Below are positions 55,520 through 64,000 of a stretch of 64,000 nt of DNA, piece after piece (position 1 is the stretch's first letter; each line of letters opens with the position of its first letter). The notes beneath the pieces were generated by a model. That model worked only from the letters and a program-made list of their open reading frames with translations, was not told where the DNA came from and did not search any database. The DNA comes from Caldisericia bacterium (GTDB taxonomy: Bacteria > Caldisericota > Caldisericia > JAAYUI01): the NCBI GenBank assembly GCA_963674785.1, contig OY771555.1:1224511-1288510 (forward strand), written 5' to 3'. A program made the position numbers and the translations under genes.

Positions 55520-58500
55520 CTACTTTTCTGACGGATAAACAATCTCGATTGCTTGTTCGTCGGCAATCCAGTTGACATCTGCTTTGAGTGCTTCGCAGGC
55601 AAACCTGAGTGGGAGCATTGTTCTTCCACCAACGATTGTTGGATAAAGAACTGTTGTCCCGTCAGCACCAAGAATCTTTACCTCGCTACCACTGATCTTT
55701 GCGGTTGAGTTGTCAATCCAGAGCTGAAGGACAGTGCTTCCAAGAGTTGCATCAACTCTTCTTTCGTCCCCATCCCAACCAACTGTTGCTCCAAGTGCTT
55801 CAAAGATTGCACGAACTGGCATATATGTGTTTCCTGCAAGTGCTGCTGGAAGTGGTGGTGACTGTGTTGTTGGCATTGGGTCAAGGTCGTCAACCTGTTT
55901 GTCGTTGATAACAAATTTTGCTGTATTTACCCAAAGCTTGAGTCTTGTTCTTGTGACGGCACCCTGAGTGTATGTGATTTTGTAGTTGCTTGTTCTGCAA
56001 TTATTGTAGCTGTCGCAGGTCTTGACTTCGATTTCGTTCAAGCCGCTATTAAGGGCAATAGTTTTTGTGAAGAACCATGTTTCATCAACATTTTCTGCAA
56101 ACGGGTCTTCTTGAATTTTTACTGTTTCACCATTGATTGTGAGTTTTGCATTCTCTTCAGTGAAGCCCATAAATTCGATTGCACTTTCACCTGTTATCAT
56201 GGAATTATCCAATGAAAGAAGGTTTTCGCTTGGTTTTGTAACAGTCAAAAATGGTGGTTCATTATCAAGATAAACAACTAGAGTAATTGCGTCACTTTCG
56301 CCTGTGAAGTTTCTTGCGATAATAACGATGTTGTTGAATCCAGCTTTAAGGTCATATGGGTATTTGAATGAGCCATCGTTGTTGATTTTGATAACATTTC
56401 CATCGATGAAGAGAGTAACTTGTGAAAGACCTTCATCTGATTTTATTTTTCCTGAGAGCTCGATGTTTGATTCATTTGTTTTGATGTCTGAATAATTGTA
56501 GTCTTGCTCTTCTCTTCTTCTCTGTGCTTCTTCAATTGTTGGCCAAGGAGATGTGTGTTTGATTGGTGCTGAGAGTTCAACTACAGGTGGTTCTGCATTC
56601 TGTCTGATTGCAAGAGTGGTATCGTGTGCAATTGCAATGATATTATTTCCGCTTGCATCCATGAGACTTACATTCTCGATACCGATTCTGATTCCATCCT
56701 TTTGAATCTTGTCACCTTTTGCTTTAAGGGTAAATGTCACAACGATGTTTTCATCGCGGTCTGCATAAACACCAGACTGCTCTCTGCTAATGCTTACTGA
56801 GATTCTTCCTGGAGTGTGATCGTAATCCCATGATGGCTGCTCTCCGCCTCTTGTGAGGAATCCTCCAAGTGAGATATGTGTTACATCGAGGTACTGGTCA
56901 TCATAAACAAAATCAAGCATTGCACCCATAACCTCGAGACCGCCCTTAAGATTAACCTTTACTTCAGTCTGTTTACATATGTCGTTGATTGCACAAGATG
57001 TAATGATGTGTCTTTCGGGGATAAGTTCGACATCAAGCTTTTTTGCTTTTGCCTTTATTTCAAGAACCTTATCAAATGGTTCGCCACGTGAATTTGAGCC
57101 TGTTCCTTTGATGGATACTTTGTATCCATCTTCAATATAAGCCATGTCCTGATTTGCTTTGAGTGAAACAATGCTTTCAAATGGTGGAACTCCAAATGCT
57201 GGGTTGAATGTTGCTGTGAAAAACTCTGATGACTCTTCACCAAGTACGAGGTTTACTGGGTTATCGTATTCGTTGATTGAATCAACCGAAAGCTTGAAGT
57301 CAGTTACCTGCCCAGGGGCAACATCAATGATCGCTTTGCCTATTGGCTCCATTTCAAATGATGGTGGCTTGGCTGGTTCGATAAGCATACTAAGGTCAAA
57401 CTTCTCAACAGTTCCTGAAGCAGTTTCTGAGACCTTAAGTAGATAGTTACTTTCCGTTCCTTCTGGGCTTTCAACAGGGACATCCATTGACACACCAATA
57501 ACGACTGATTCCATTGGGTGGAGGCTTAATTCTGCACCACTTGCCGTTGGCACGGAGTCGATCATTATCATTGTTTCCCATGCTTCGCCTGAGACGTGAT
57601 TCATGTCTACAGTGAAATCTAATGGGATGTTGCCAAGATTTGTAAGCACGTATGACTGTTCAGGTCTTGAGCCAGCCTGGACGCTGAAATCTGATTCTGA
57701 CTGTGTGAGGCTGTATTTTCTAAAGAGTGGCTGCTTGAGATCGCACATTGTTGACTGAAGGATTTCTTTTGTGGTGTTATCCTGAATCCAAGCAACGATG
57801 AAACAGTTTTTGTAGAGAGTTGTCCAATCGTATTCGGTACCAGTTGTTGGAAGTTTGAATTTCATGTCGTAGTATGTTGTTCCGACAGGAAGTGAGATTG
57901 GATCACCAAGGTGACCCTTGTCTTCAGCTGGTTCTTCTCCGTAGTGATGGAGCATCTTCATGACTGTGAGTGAGTGTTCTTCCTCACCATTATCGGCTGA
58001 GAATTCAACATTGTTTTCAACGAGAGTGAAGTACACATTGAGATCTCTATAGCTGCTTACATCCTGATATGTTTTGATTTCAAGGTTTGCAAAACCAACT
58101 GATTTTCCAATTGTTCCCTGGAGGAACAGTTTGATTGGAGAGCGCTGCTCTTTGTAATCAACAACTCTCTGGTAGAATCTCCAGTAACTATAGGAGCTAC
58201 CAGACATTTTTCTGTCGGGGAGAATATCAGGAGCTTTGTCCTGTCTTTCGTGAGGTCCGTCACCTTCTGAGAAGTTCTGAAGCCCATTATACATCGTGGT
58301 TGGAAGACCTTCTTTTGTGTACCATCTGTATCTGTAATGGTGTTCTTCCTGCGTCATACCTGAGTTATCTTTTGGGGCGTCAGCATAGTAAGCAATAGGG
58401 ATAATTTCTGCATACCCGTATTCTTCCGCCATTCTGTATTGTGATTCTCTGTGATATGGACAATACTGACACCAAACGGCTGTGAAAGTCTCAGTTAGAA

Positions 58501-61153
58501 GTGTTCTTGGAACATATCCAGTGCTTTCCGTTGGTGGATTGACAAGGAGGGCAACTGTGAATGCGACCTCTTTGTTCTGGGCAGTCGATGACTTCATTAC
58601 AATTTCGATTTCGTAGATACCCGGAATGAGTTCGCCTCTGGATTTGAAAGTTACGGTTGTTTTTGTTGCGCCATCTTTAACTCTGATTGTGCTTGGATCA
58701 AAGCTTATATTTAGTGCGGTAAGAGCAAATCCTGAGCAGTCGACATTTTTAACATCAAGGTGAGGATGTTTGTTTTCCGATCCATTTGGAACAACACAGA
58801 GTTTTGCAGGTTTTTTGTATGTCAAGCTAACATTTCCATCAAAACCATTCTGAGGAAGAACCTCAAGTTCAAGTGTTCCGGGTGTGTCGCTATCAAGTTC
58901 TACAAAAAGAACTGTGTCTGGGCTTAAAGTAAATCCATAGCTATCTGAAACAAGAACTTTTACGGGAACCTTTATGGTGCCTTTGTTTGTTTTGATATTG
59001 AGAACTGCTTCAATTGTTTCACCTGCAGCCATACCTGTTGTGTCAACTTTGACATTGACCATGATGGTGTCACCGACGAAATTCTTTGGTTCAACTGAAA
59101 CAAAATTAAGATCCTGCTCGATATCGATACTTCCTGAAAGCATTCCACCAGACCAGTTTCTGATCTCTATTCTTTTCTGAAGTGTCTGACCAACACCCAT
59201 TACACCGAAGTCAAGAATATTTGGTGCAACAGTAAAATATACATTGTAATCTGGTTGTGAAACAAATGTTGCAGTATCGATTCTTGGAAGATTAAAGACG
59301 GTGCTGTATGGGATAACCTGAAGTCTGTGGTTTCTTGTATCAGCAACAACTATTCCTTGGTCATTGCATGCGATTGCCTCAGGATACATGAAAAAGCCTT
59401 TTGCCTCTTTATATTCATCGCCTTCCTGCATTGCGTTTTCCCAGCCAGCTTTTGAGAAGAATATTGCTCTTCCTGGACCACCAGTTTTACCATAATCCCA
59501 GGATCTTGTTGAGTTGTTGTCAAAAACAACAAGTCTGTCGTTGAATGTATCTGCGGCAAAAATCATACCTGATTCATCATATGAACAATCGGATGGGAAG
59601 AAGAGCATTCCTTCACCTCTACCTTTGTGCCCATACTGTCTGATTGGGTTGCCGTCCATGTCAAACTCTTGAAGTCTGCAGTTTGCTGCGTCGGCTACAA
59701 GGAGTTTTCTGCCATCTGTTGTAATGCTTTTTGGAAGATTAAACTGTCCAGGTGATGAGCCAAATCCGCCAAACTGACCAAGGAATTCGCCACCAATTGA
59801 GAAAGTCTGAACAAGGTTGTTTCCGGTGTCTGCAACAAATATCTTTCCAAGTGATGAGGAAACTGCAATATCTGATGGTGAGTTAAGTTTGCCATTTCCG
59901 TAACCAAATGAGCCTATTGTGTTCTGGTATTTGCCGTTTCCTGAGAAAACTTTAACACAATGGTTTCCGCTGTCTGCGACATATATGTTTCCATCTTTGT
60001 CAAAATCAAGCCCTTCAGGTGTGAGAAGTTCGTTTGTGCCTGTACCTTTTTTCCCGAATTCAGATGAAAATCCATTTTCGTTGAAAAGAAGGATTTTTGA
60101 ACGAGCTGAGTCTGCAACGGCATATGTGCCGTTTGAGATTGAAAGACCAACAGGGAGTCCAAATGAACCAGAACATGCATTATCATCCTCAGGAAGAGAA
60201 GAAACATATTTGCCATCTGGGTTGAAAATGTCTACTCTGTTGTTTTTGTAAGAGGAGACGTAGATTTTTCCGTCTAGAACTGTGATTCCCATTGGACCAT
60301 TGATCTGTCCTCTGCCATTTCCAGGGGATCCGAACGAATTTATTGTTGTACCATCAAGAGAATAAACGAGGATTGAGTTTTCTGAATAGTCTGTGACATA
60401 AACTCTGTTGTCAAAAATAGTTATTCCGTATGGAGCTTTTGCTTCGCCAAAAGCATTAATGAAGCTTCCGTCGATTCCAAATATAAATATTTTTCCAGCT
60501 GATGGGTCAGTGACAAAGATTTTTCCTTCAGTGACAGCAATTCCTGTTGGTTTTTCGAGTGTATAGTTTTCGCCGTCTGTTGTTGGAATTGTGAGTGCAA
60601 GATTGTCTTTAAGGTCAACTGCGATGATGTTTTTTGCACCAGTATTTGCGATATATAAGAGACCGTTGAATGCAAAAATATCACTTGGATGAACCATGTA
60701 TGATTCACCTGTTTGTGGATTTATAGCGTGAAGCTCTTTTTCTATTTCGTCGTCTGATCTGTTTCCGCGAACGAGGATTTTTCCATAAAATCTATCCAAC
60801 CAGTAAATCTTGTTTTGGAAACATGTGATTCCACCTGGATCTGAGTTAAGGAATTCATGGCTACCTAGAAGTCCGTATGCGTACTGAGGTGTCCCATCTT
60901 TCAAGATGGCTTGAACTCTGGTGTTGATACTGTCAACAATGTAGACTCTGTTACCTTCATTAGCGAGCCATGTGGGGCCAACAAAAGAGCCAATAGCACA
61001 TTCATTTCCGACGAGTTTTACCCCGAAATCAGATAAACGATTTTTATGCTCTTCGTTTGCTAAAACACTTCCAATGACTGGTAGATAAGATAGTACCAAT
61101 AACAATCCTAGTGCCAATGAGATGGCTTTCTTTTGTAAACTTGCGAAACTCAT
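55520..61153 (-). CDS. Giant (1877 aa) surface protein: signal peptide, NHL-repeat beta-propeller, thioredoxin-like CxxC domain, Ig-like/cadherin-like domains, C-terminal tandem CAO-N-like module
   Basis: Signal peptide 'ISLALGLLLVLSYLPVIGSVLA'. NHL-type repeats 'YVADSGNHCVKVF', 'FVADTGNNLVQTF', 'VADTRNHRLQVI'. 'TAVWCQYCPYH' followed by 'EGLPTTMYNG'. C-terminal 'NTYMPVRAIFEALGATVGW' and 'GGRTMLPLRFACEALKADVNW'. Confidence 0.8.
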   Translation of the reverse strand: MSFASLQKKAISLALGLLLVLSYLPVIGSVLANEEHKNRLSDFGVKLVGNECAIGSFVGPTWLANEGNRVYIVDSINTRVQAILKDGTPQYAYGLLGSHEFLNSDPGGITCFQNKIYWLDRFYGKILVRGNRSDDEIEKELHAINPQTGESYMVHPSDIFAFNGLLYIANTGAKNIIAVDLKDNLALTIPTTDGENYTLEKPTGIAVTEGKIFVTDPSAGKIFIFGIDGSFINAFGEAKAPYGITIFDNRVYVTDYSENSILVYSLDGTTINSFGSPGNGRGQINGPMGITVLDGKIYVSSYKNNRVDIFNPDGKYVSSLPEDDNACSGSFGLPVGLSISNGTYAVADSARSKILLFNENGFSSEFGKKGTGTNELLTPEGLDFDKDGNIYVADSGNHCVKVFSGNGKYQNTIGSFGYGNGKLNSPSDIAVSSSLGKIFVADTGNNLVQTFSIGGEFLGQFGGFGSSPGQFNLPKSITTDGRKLLVADAANCRLQEFDMDGNPIRQYGHKGRGEGMLFFPSDCSYDESGMIFAADTFNDRLVVFDNNSTRSWDYGKTGGPGRAIFFSKAGWENAMQEGDEYKEAKGFFMYPEAIACNDQGIVVADTRNHRLQVIPYSTVFNLPRIDTATFVSQPDYNVYFTVAPNILDFGVMGVGQTLQKRIEIRNWSGGMLSGSIDIEQDLNFVSVEPKNFVGDTIMVNVKVDTTGMAAGETIEAVLNIKTNKGTIKVPVKVLVSDSYGFTLSPDTVLFVELDSDTPGTLELEVLPQNGFDGNVSLTYKKPAKLCVVPNGSENKHPHLDVKNVDCSGFALTALNISFDPSTIRVKDGATKTTVTFKSRGELIPGIYEIEIVMKSSTAQNKEVAFTVALLVNPPTESTGYVPRTLLTETFTAVWCQYCPYHRESQYRMAEEYGYAEIIPIAYYADAPKDNSGMTQEEHHYRYRWYTKEGLPTTMYNGLQNFSEGDGPHERQDKAPDILPDRKMSGSSYSYWRFYQRVVDYKEQRSPIKLFLQGTIGKSVGFANLEIKTYQDVSSYRDLNVYFTLVENNVEFSADNGEEEHSLTVMKMLHHYGEEPAEDKGHLGDPISLPVGTTYYDMKFKLPTTGTEYDWTTLYKNCFIVAWIQDNTTKEILQSTMCDLKQPLFRKYSLTQSESDFSVQAGSRPEQSYVLTNLGNIPLDFTVDMNHVSGEAWETMIMIDSVPTASGAELSLHPMESVVIGVSMDVPVESPEGTESNYLLKVSETASGTVEKFDLSMLIEPAKPPSFEMEPIGKAIIDVAPGQVTDFKLSVDSINEYDNPVNLVLGEESSEFFTATFNPAFGVPPFESIVSLKANQDMAYIEDGYKVSIKGTGSNSRGEPFDKVLEIKAKAKKLDVELIPERHIITSCAINDICKQTEVKVNLKGGLEVMGAMLDFVYDDQYLDVTHISLGGFLTRGGEQPSWDYDHTPGRISVSISREQSGVYADRDENIVVTFTLKAKGDKIQKDGIRIGIENVSLMDASGNNIIAIAHDTTLAIRQNAEPPVVELSAPIKHTSPWPTIEEAQRRREEQDYNYSDIKTNESNIELSGKIKSDEGLSQVTLFIDGNVIKINNDGSFKYPYDLKAGFNNIVIIARNFTGESDAITLVVYLDNEPPFLTVTKPSENLLSLDNSMITGESAIEFMGFTEENAKLTINGETVKIQEDPFAENVDETWFFTKTIALNSGLNEIEVKTCDSYNNCRTSNYKITYTQGAVTRTRLKLWVNTAKFVINDKQVDDLDPMPTTQSPPLPAALAGNTYMPVRAIFEALGATVGWDGDERRVDATLGSTVLQLWIDNSTAKISGSEVKILGADGTTVLYPTIVGGRTMLPLRFACEALKADVNWIADEQAIEIVYPSEK

Positions 61154-61340
61154 GCAAGCCCCCTTCCTAAGCTTTAAGTCGATAGCATTATAGGGAGGCT
61201 TGGATTAAACTCAACACAAAACAGACAATATTTGATTTAAATATTGGTGTAGTCAAAATTTTGCAATAAGAATACTTATACTGAATTCCTTTTGTAAGTT
61301 TAGAATTAATTGGTATATTTTGGTCAAATGTTAAAAACAT

Positions 61341-61739
61341 TTATTTATGGTAAATACAAGGAAATTCGCTGCATGAAGCGCAGTTTTTTATCTGTTTTTT
61401 TGCAACACACATTCTGATTCTACATTCTTGACAATATGTAAACAGAACCTCTGAATCTGATTGACACCCATCACAACTAATGCCATCAATGTCAGACGAG
61501 CACTTTATTTCCAATCCCCATTTCTTGGAAACCCTTATTTTGTCAGAATATGTTTTCGCGTTAAAGACATCACATTTAGAACAGTCAAATCCGCAACAAG
61601 CGGTATGAGGATTACGGCTTTGATTTTCTGAATTTTTCAAGGTTTTCTTTTGCTTCAGGGGGAAGGTATTTGAAGAAGTTGTTGATTCTCTCACAGAGAT
61701 ATTCATCACAATTCGCACAAGAAACTGTTTTCTTCTCAA
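61341..61739 (-). CDS. DUF3795-like Cys-rich small protein (start uncertain; overlaps the upstream paralog)
   Basis: 'CCGFDCSKCDVF...CDGCQSD...YCQECRIRMC...CASCSEFPC', a Cys spacing pattern shared with the upstream ORF. Confidence 0.5.
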   Translation of the reverse strand: MRRKQFLVRIVMNISVRESTTSSNTFPLKQKKTLKNSENQSRNPHTACCGFDCSKCDVFNAKTYSDKIRVSKKWGLEIKCSSDIDGISCDGCQSDSEVLFTYCQECRIRMCVAKKQIKNCASCSEFPCIYHK

Positions 61740-61962
61740 TTCCGCATGCTCTTACTTCACACTGAGAACAATGACCAATTTTCGGTTCGCCTTCTTCCAT
61801 GCATCCAATGCAGTTGATGCTTTCTGGTTTAATATCTGCTGAGTACCATTCTGACCATAGTTTGGCAGTTTTTATTCTCAACTCTCCATCATCAGTCTTG
61901 TGGGCGATAAACGCTGGACACTCTGAACATTTCAGGCCACACACTCCAAAAATCTCTTCCAT
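61612..61962 (-). CDS. DUF3795-like Cys-rich small protein
   Basis: 'CGLKCSECPAF...CIGCMEEG...CSQCEVRAC...CANCDEYLC', the same spacing as its paralog. Confidence 0.55.
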   Translation of the reverse strand: MEEIFGVCGLKCSECPAFIAHKTDDGELRIKTAKLWSEWYSADIKPESINCIGCMEEGEPKIGHCSQCEVRACGIEKKTVSCANCDEYLCERINNFFKYLPPEAKENLEKFRKSKP

Positions 61963-62045
61963 GGGTTCACCTTCCTTTTGTTTAACTACATTGTATGATT
62001 TTTTGCATCTTTGACAAATTCGATTTCAGATATATAACTAGGATT

Positions 62046-62792
62046 ATGGATTTAAAAGAAATAGCTGGTATTAGCGCTGTTTTGGATATTGATGGTTCGC
62101 TGTCGTTTCCTGATGTTCCCGAAGGTGTAAAAGCTACTGAAAGACTTTTTTCAGCAGCCAAGGATTATTACTATGATGAAACGAGCAATAATAACAAGGT
62201 TCTATATAGGGTTTATAGAGATGTATGTTTACCTGAACATAAAGAACTGATTTCATCAAACAATCTTCGGTATGACATGGTTTCAATCTCACCTGGAAAA
62301 ATTGGTAGGGAGTTTATAAAAACAATTGGTCACTACCATCCAAAGGCTGATGGGAATGAAGCTTATCCTGAGATATATGAGGTACTTCATGGTTCTGCTA
62401 TTCTTTTACTTCAAGATGAGAATATTGCAGATGCGATTGTGGTACATGCAGAGGTAGGAGCAAAAGTACTTATCCCTCCTGGATATGGTCACATAACAAT
62501 CAACCCTGGAAATGAATACCTGGTTTTTTCAAACATCATTTCGAATACATTCACATCTGTTTATGGTCTTGTTGAGAAAAATCATGGCGGAGTTTATTAC
62601 TATATTGAAGAAAATGGCGTGAAGAGATGGATGAAAAATCCATTCTATATCAAACATCCGGAACTCAAAACACTTGAACCTGGGCAGATGCCAATGATTG
62701 TTGGGCTTTCTGGTCCGCTTTATCAAAATCTGATTGAGGATCCCTTCAGATTTGTGTGTATGAACAATCCTCAGCTTTGTCCAAGCTTTTAG
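62046..62792 (+). CDS. Cupin-type glucose-6-phosphate isomerase (cPGI)-like protein
   Basis: 'TIGHYHPKADGNEAYPEIYEVLHG' and 'IPPGYGHITINPGNE' match the cPGI signatures TxGHxHx(6-11)ExY and PPxxxHxxxN. Putative TTGACA-16-TATAAC promoter at 62009-62036. Alternative ATG at 61995. Confidence 0.55.
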   Translation: MDLKEIAGISAVLDIDGSLSFPDVPEGVKATERLFSAAKDYYYDETSNNNKVLYRVYRDVCLPEHKELISSNNLRYDMVSISPGKIGREFIKTIGHYHPKADGNEAYPEIYEVLHGSAILLLQDENIADAIVVHAEVGAKVLIPPGYGHITINPGNEYLVFSNIISNTFTSVYGLVEKNHGGVYYYIEENGVKRWMKNPFYIKHPELKTLEPGQMPMIVGLSGPLYQNLIEDPFRFVCMNNPQLCPSF

Positions 62793-63811
62793 AAATCTGA
62801 TGTTTTTGGTATCTGGAATGAGAAACTACATCTTTCAGCTCCACTGATGATCGTTTCGTCTACGTTCACGTGAATGCTTTTCTGAAAGATTCCTTCCCAT
62901 AATTGCCTGACCCATCCCGCACTACAATTGCAGAATGAGTGAGGAATCTCCTCTGGGTTGTGTTTGACAATTGGACAGAAACAATATGCCATGATCTTTT
63001 CTTCTTTGGTTTTTGCAGCAGTATACAATTTCGGGTTGGCTGGGTTTTTCCAGGTTATAATTTTATCCCCTTCTCTTTTGATATTTCCGTACCAGCCAGA
63101 TTGCTTTTTCATGAAAGAGATAAGATCATCAATATCAGGATTCGATTCAAACTGTTTTCGTGCCTTTTTTGTAAGGTCAACAGGAAATACGTGGGCGCAT
63201 TTTGAGACAACTTCATAACGGCATTTTTCATCAGTTATTTTTTCAAGTTTTGATGTAGCCTCTTTTATCCATTTAAATCGATCTATTATAGACGAAAACA
63301 CATCGACTGATTTCAAGTTTGAGATAATTTTTTCTGTTTTGGATTTGTCAACATTGCTTTCGAGGTTTGTCAAAAACAAATGATGCCAGTTGTGAAGAGG
63401 AATCTGGATTTCGATATCACCATTCTCGTGCCATACTTCAATATAATATTCATCAACAATGAATTTATTCTCCGATGTATATTTATATGTTTCTCGAATA
63501 GAGGTGATTAATGATTCAAGTCCATTTATGTGGATGTGCGAGATGACATTGATTTCTGGAATTATCCTTGTTTGCAACGTTTCTGATTCAAACCCTTTTG
63601 GTGCTGGAAACCCTATTTCAACATCAAGCCCCTCATTCATTGTTCCATATCTGTAGATACAAATAACATCTTCAGTTGTTTCAGAACCAAACAAATCTTT
63701 TACTTCATTGATTTTCTTTTTGATCTCTGATTTTTCTGAAAGATGAAATCTCTTGCTTACAAATTGTACGGGTTTAATAGTTTTATGACCATATCTAGTG
63801 CCTTTTTCCAT
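62789..63811 (-). CDS. Hypothetical protein (340 aa) with C-terminal Cys motifs 'CFCPIV...CNCSAGW'
   Basis: Long ORF with a 4-nt overlap with the cPGI stop. No confident family assignment. Confidence 0.4.
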   Translation of the reverse strand: MEKGTRYGHKTIKPVQFVSKRFHLSEKSEIKKKINEVKDLFGSETTEDVICIYRYGTMNEGLDVEIGFPAPKGFESETLQTRIIPEINVISHIHINGLESLITSIRETYKYTSENKFIVDEYYIEVWHENGDIEIQIPLHNWHHLFLTNLESNVDKSKTEKIISNLKSVDVFSSIIDRFKWIKEATSKLEKITDEKCRYEVVSKCAHVFPVDLTKKARKQFESNPDIDDLISFMKKQSGWYGNIKREGDKIITWKNPANPKLYTAAKTKEEKIMAYCFCPIVKHNPEEIPHSFCNCSAGWVRQLWEGIFQKSIHVNVDETIISGAERCSFSFQIPKTSDF

Positions 63812-64000
63812 GCGGGTATAATAGTTGAAAAGCTTTGGGTGGTCAATTCTGTGGGGGATCTATCTCAGAAGCCACTTTTTGTTTTTTGCTTTTACGAGTA
63901 TCCCTGTTATTACTATCATAACTGCAACAGTTATCCCGTAAGTGAAAGGAGAAATAAAAGTTTTTTCGTTTGAGAGTGCTGCAACAGGGTATAGACCAAT

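Noticed and set aside
1-64000. CRISPR arrays, transposases, integrases, rRNA genes
   Set aside because: No short direct-repeat/spacer arrays, no DDE/Y-recombinase motifs and no rRNA-like conserved stretches were seen in any frame. The only structured RNAs recognised are the two tRNAs.
1-64000. Archaeal origin of the contig (suggested by the cupin PGI, KvAP-like channel, stand-alone mutase B12 subunit, and G-rich tRNA acceptor stems)
   Set aside because: Strong AGGAG/GGAGG Shine-Dalgarno sites at bacterial spacing, a sigma-70-type promoter, sigma region-4 and FtsB-like proteins, a lipoprotein lipobox and CCA-encoded tRNAs all point to a bacterium. The archaeal-type genes are better explained by horizontal transfer.

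Overview
AT-rich window, bacterial-type (AGGAG/GGAGG Shine-Dalgarno spacing, TTGACA/TATAAT-like promoter, sigma-70 region-4 and FtsB-like proteins, CCA-encoded tRNAs). About 40% of it encodes very large secreted/surface proteins (up to 1877 aa). Eight of these carry the same ~100-aa tandem module with the signature G-R-T-[LMV]-[LV]-P-[LMI]-R-F, which matches my memory of the copper-amine-oxidase N-terminal-like cell-wall-binding domain (CAO-N). The module is C-terminal in six proteins and N-terminal (after an FnIII-like domain) in two. The partners are PKD-like WGDG repeats, PQQ/beta-propeller repeats, NHL repeats, Cys-rich repeats, and two embedded thioredoxin-like CxxC domains. Pairs of these genes share near-identical 3' DNA, which suggests recent duplication or gene conversion.

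Housekeeping islands: a Na/Pi cotransporter-PhoU fusion; a cobO-meaB-mutase B12 subunit-pckA operon followed by folC; TrmO/TsaA; an NfeD-flotillin-Kv channel cluster; a class V aminotransferase; Hsp20; a ClC channel with CBS domains; a cupin-type phosphoglucose isomerase; tRNA-Met and tRNA-Phe flanking an HTH/AT-hook gene.

Candidate novel or accessory items: (i) a SAMHD1-like HD dNTP triphosphohydrolase translationally coupled to a small helical protein with a Panacea/DUF4065-like signature; (ii) an EVE (PUA-like) domain protein fused to an uncharacterised C-terminal domain, possibly a modification-dependent nuclease; (iii) a chimeric regulator with an RNAP alpha-CTD-like domain plus sigma-70 region 4; (iv) a 2.7-kb CBM-containing gene broken by four +1 frameshifts, three of them at poly-A tracts; (v) a Cys-rich ECWKVCG...DCCG repeat protein; (vi) a novel W-[DN]-G-x-x-W tandem-repeat protein; (vii) overlapping tandem DUF3795-like Cys-rich ORFs. 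No CRISPR array, transposase or integrase was recognisable.
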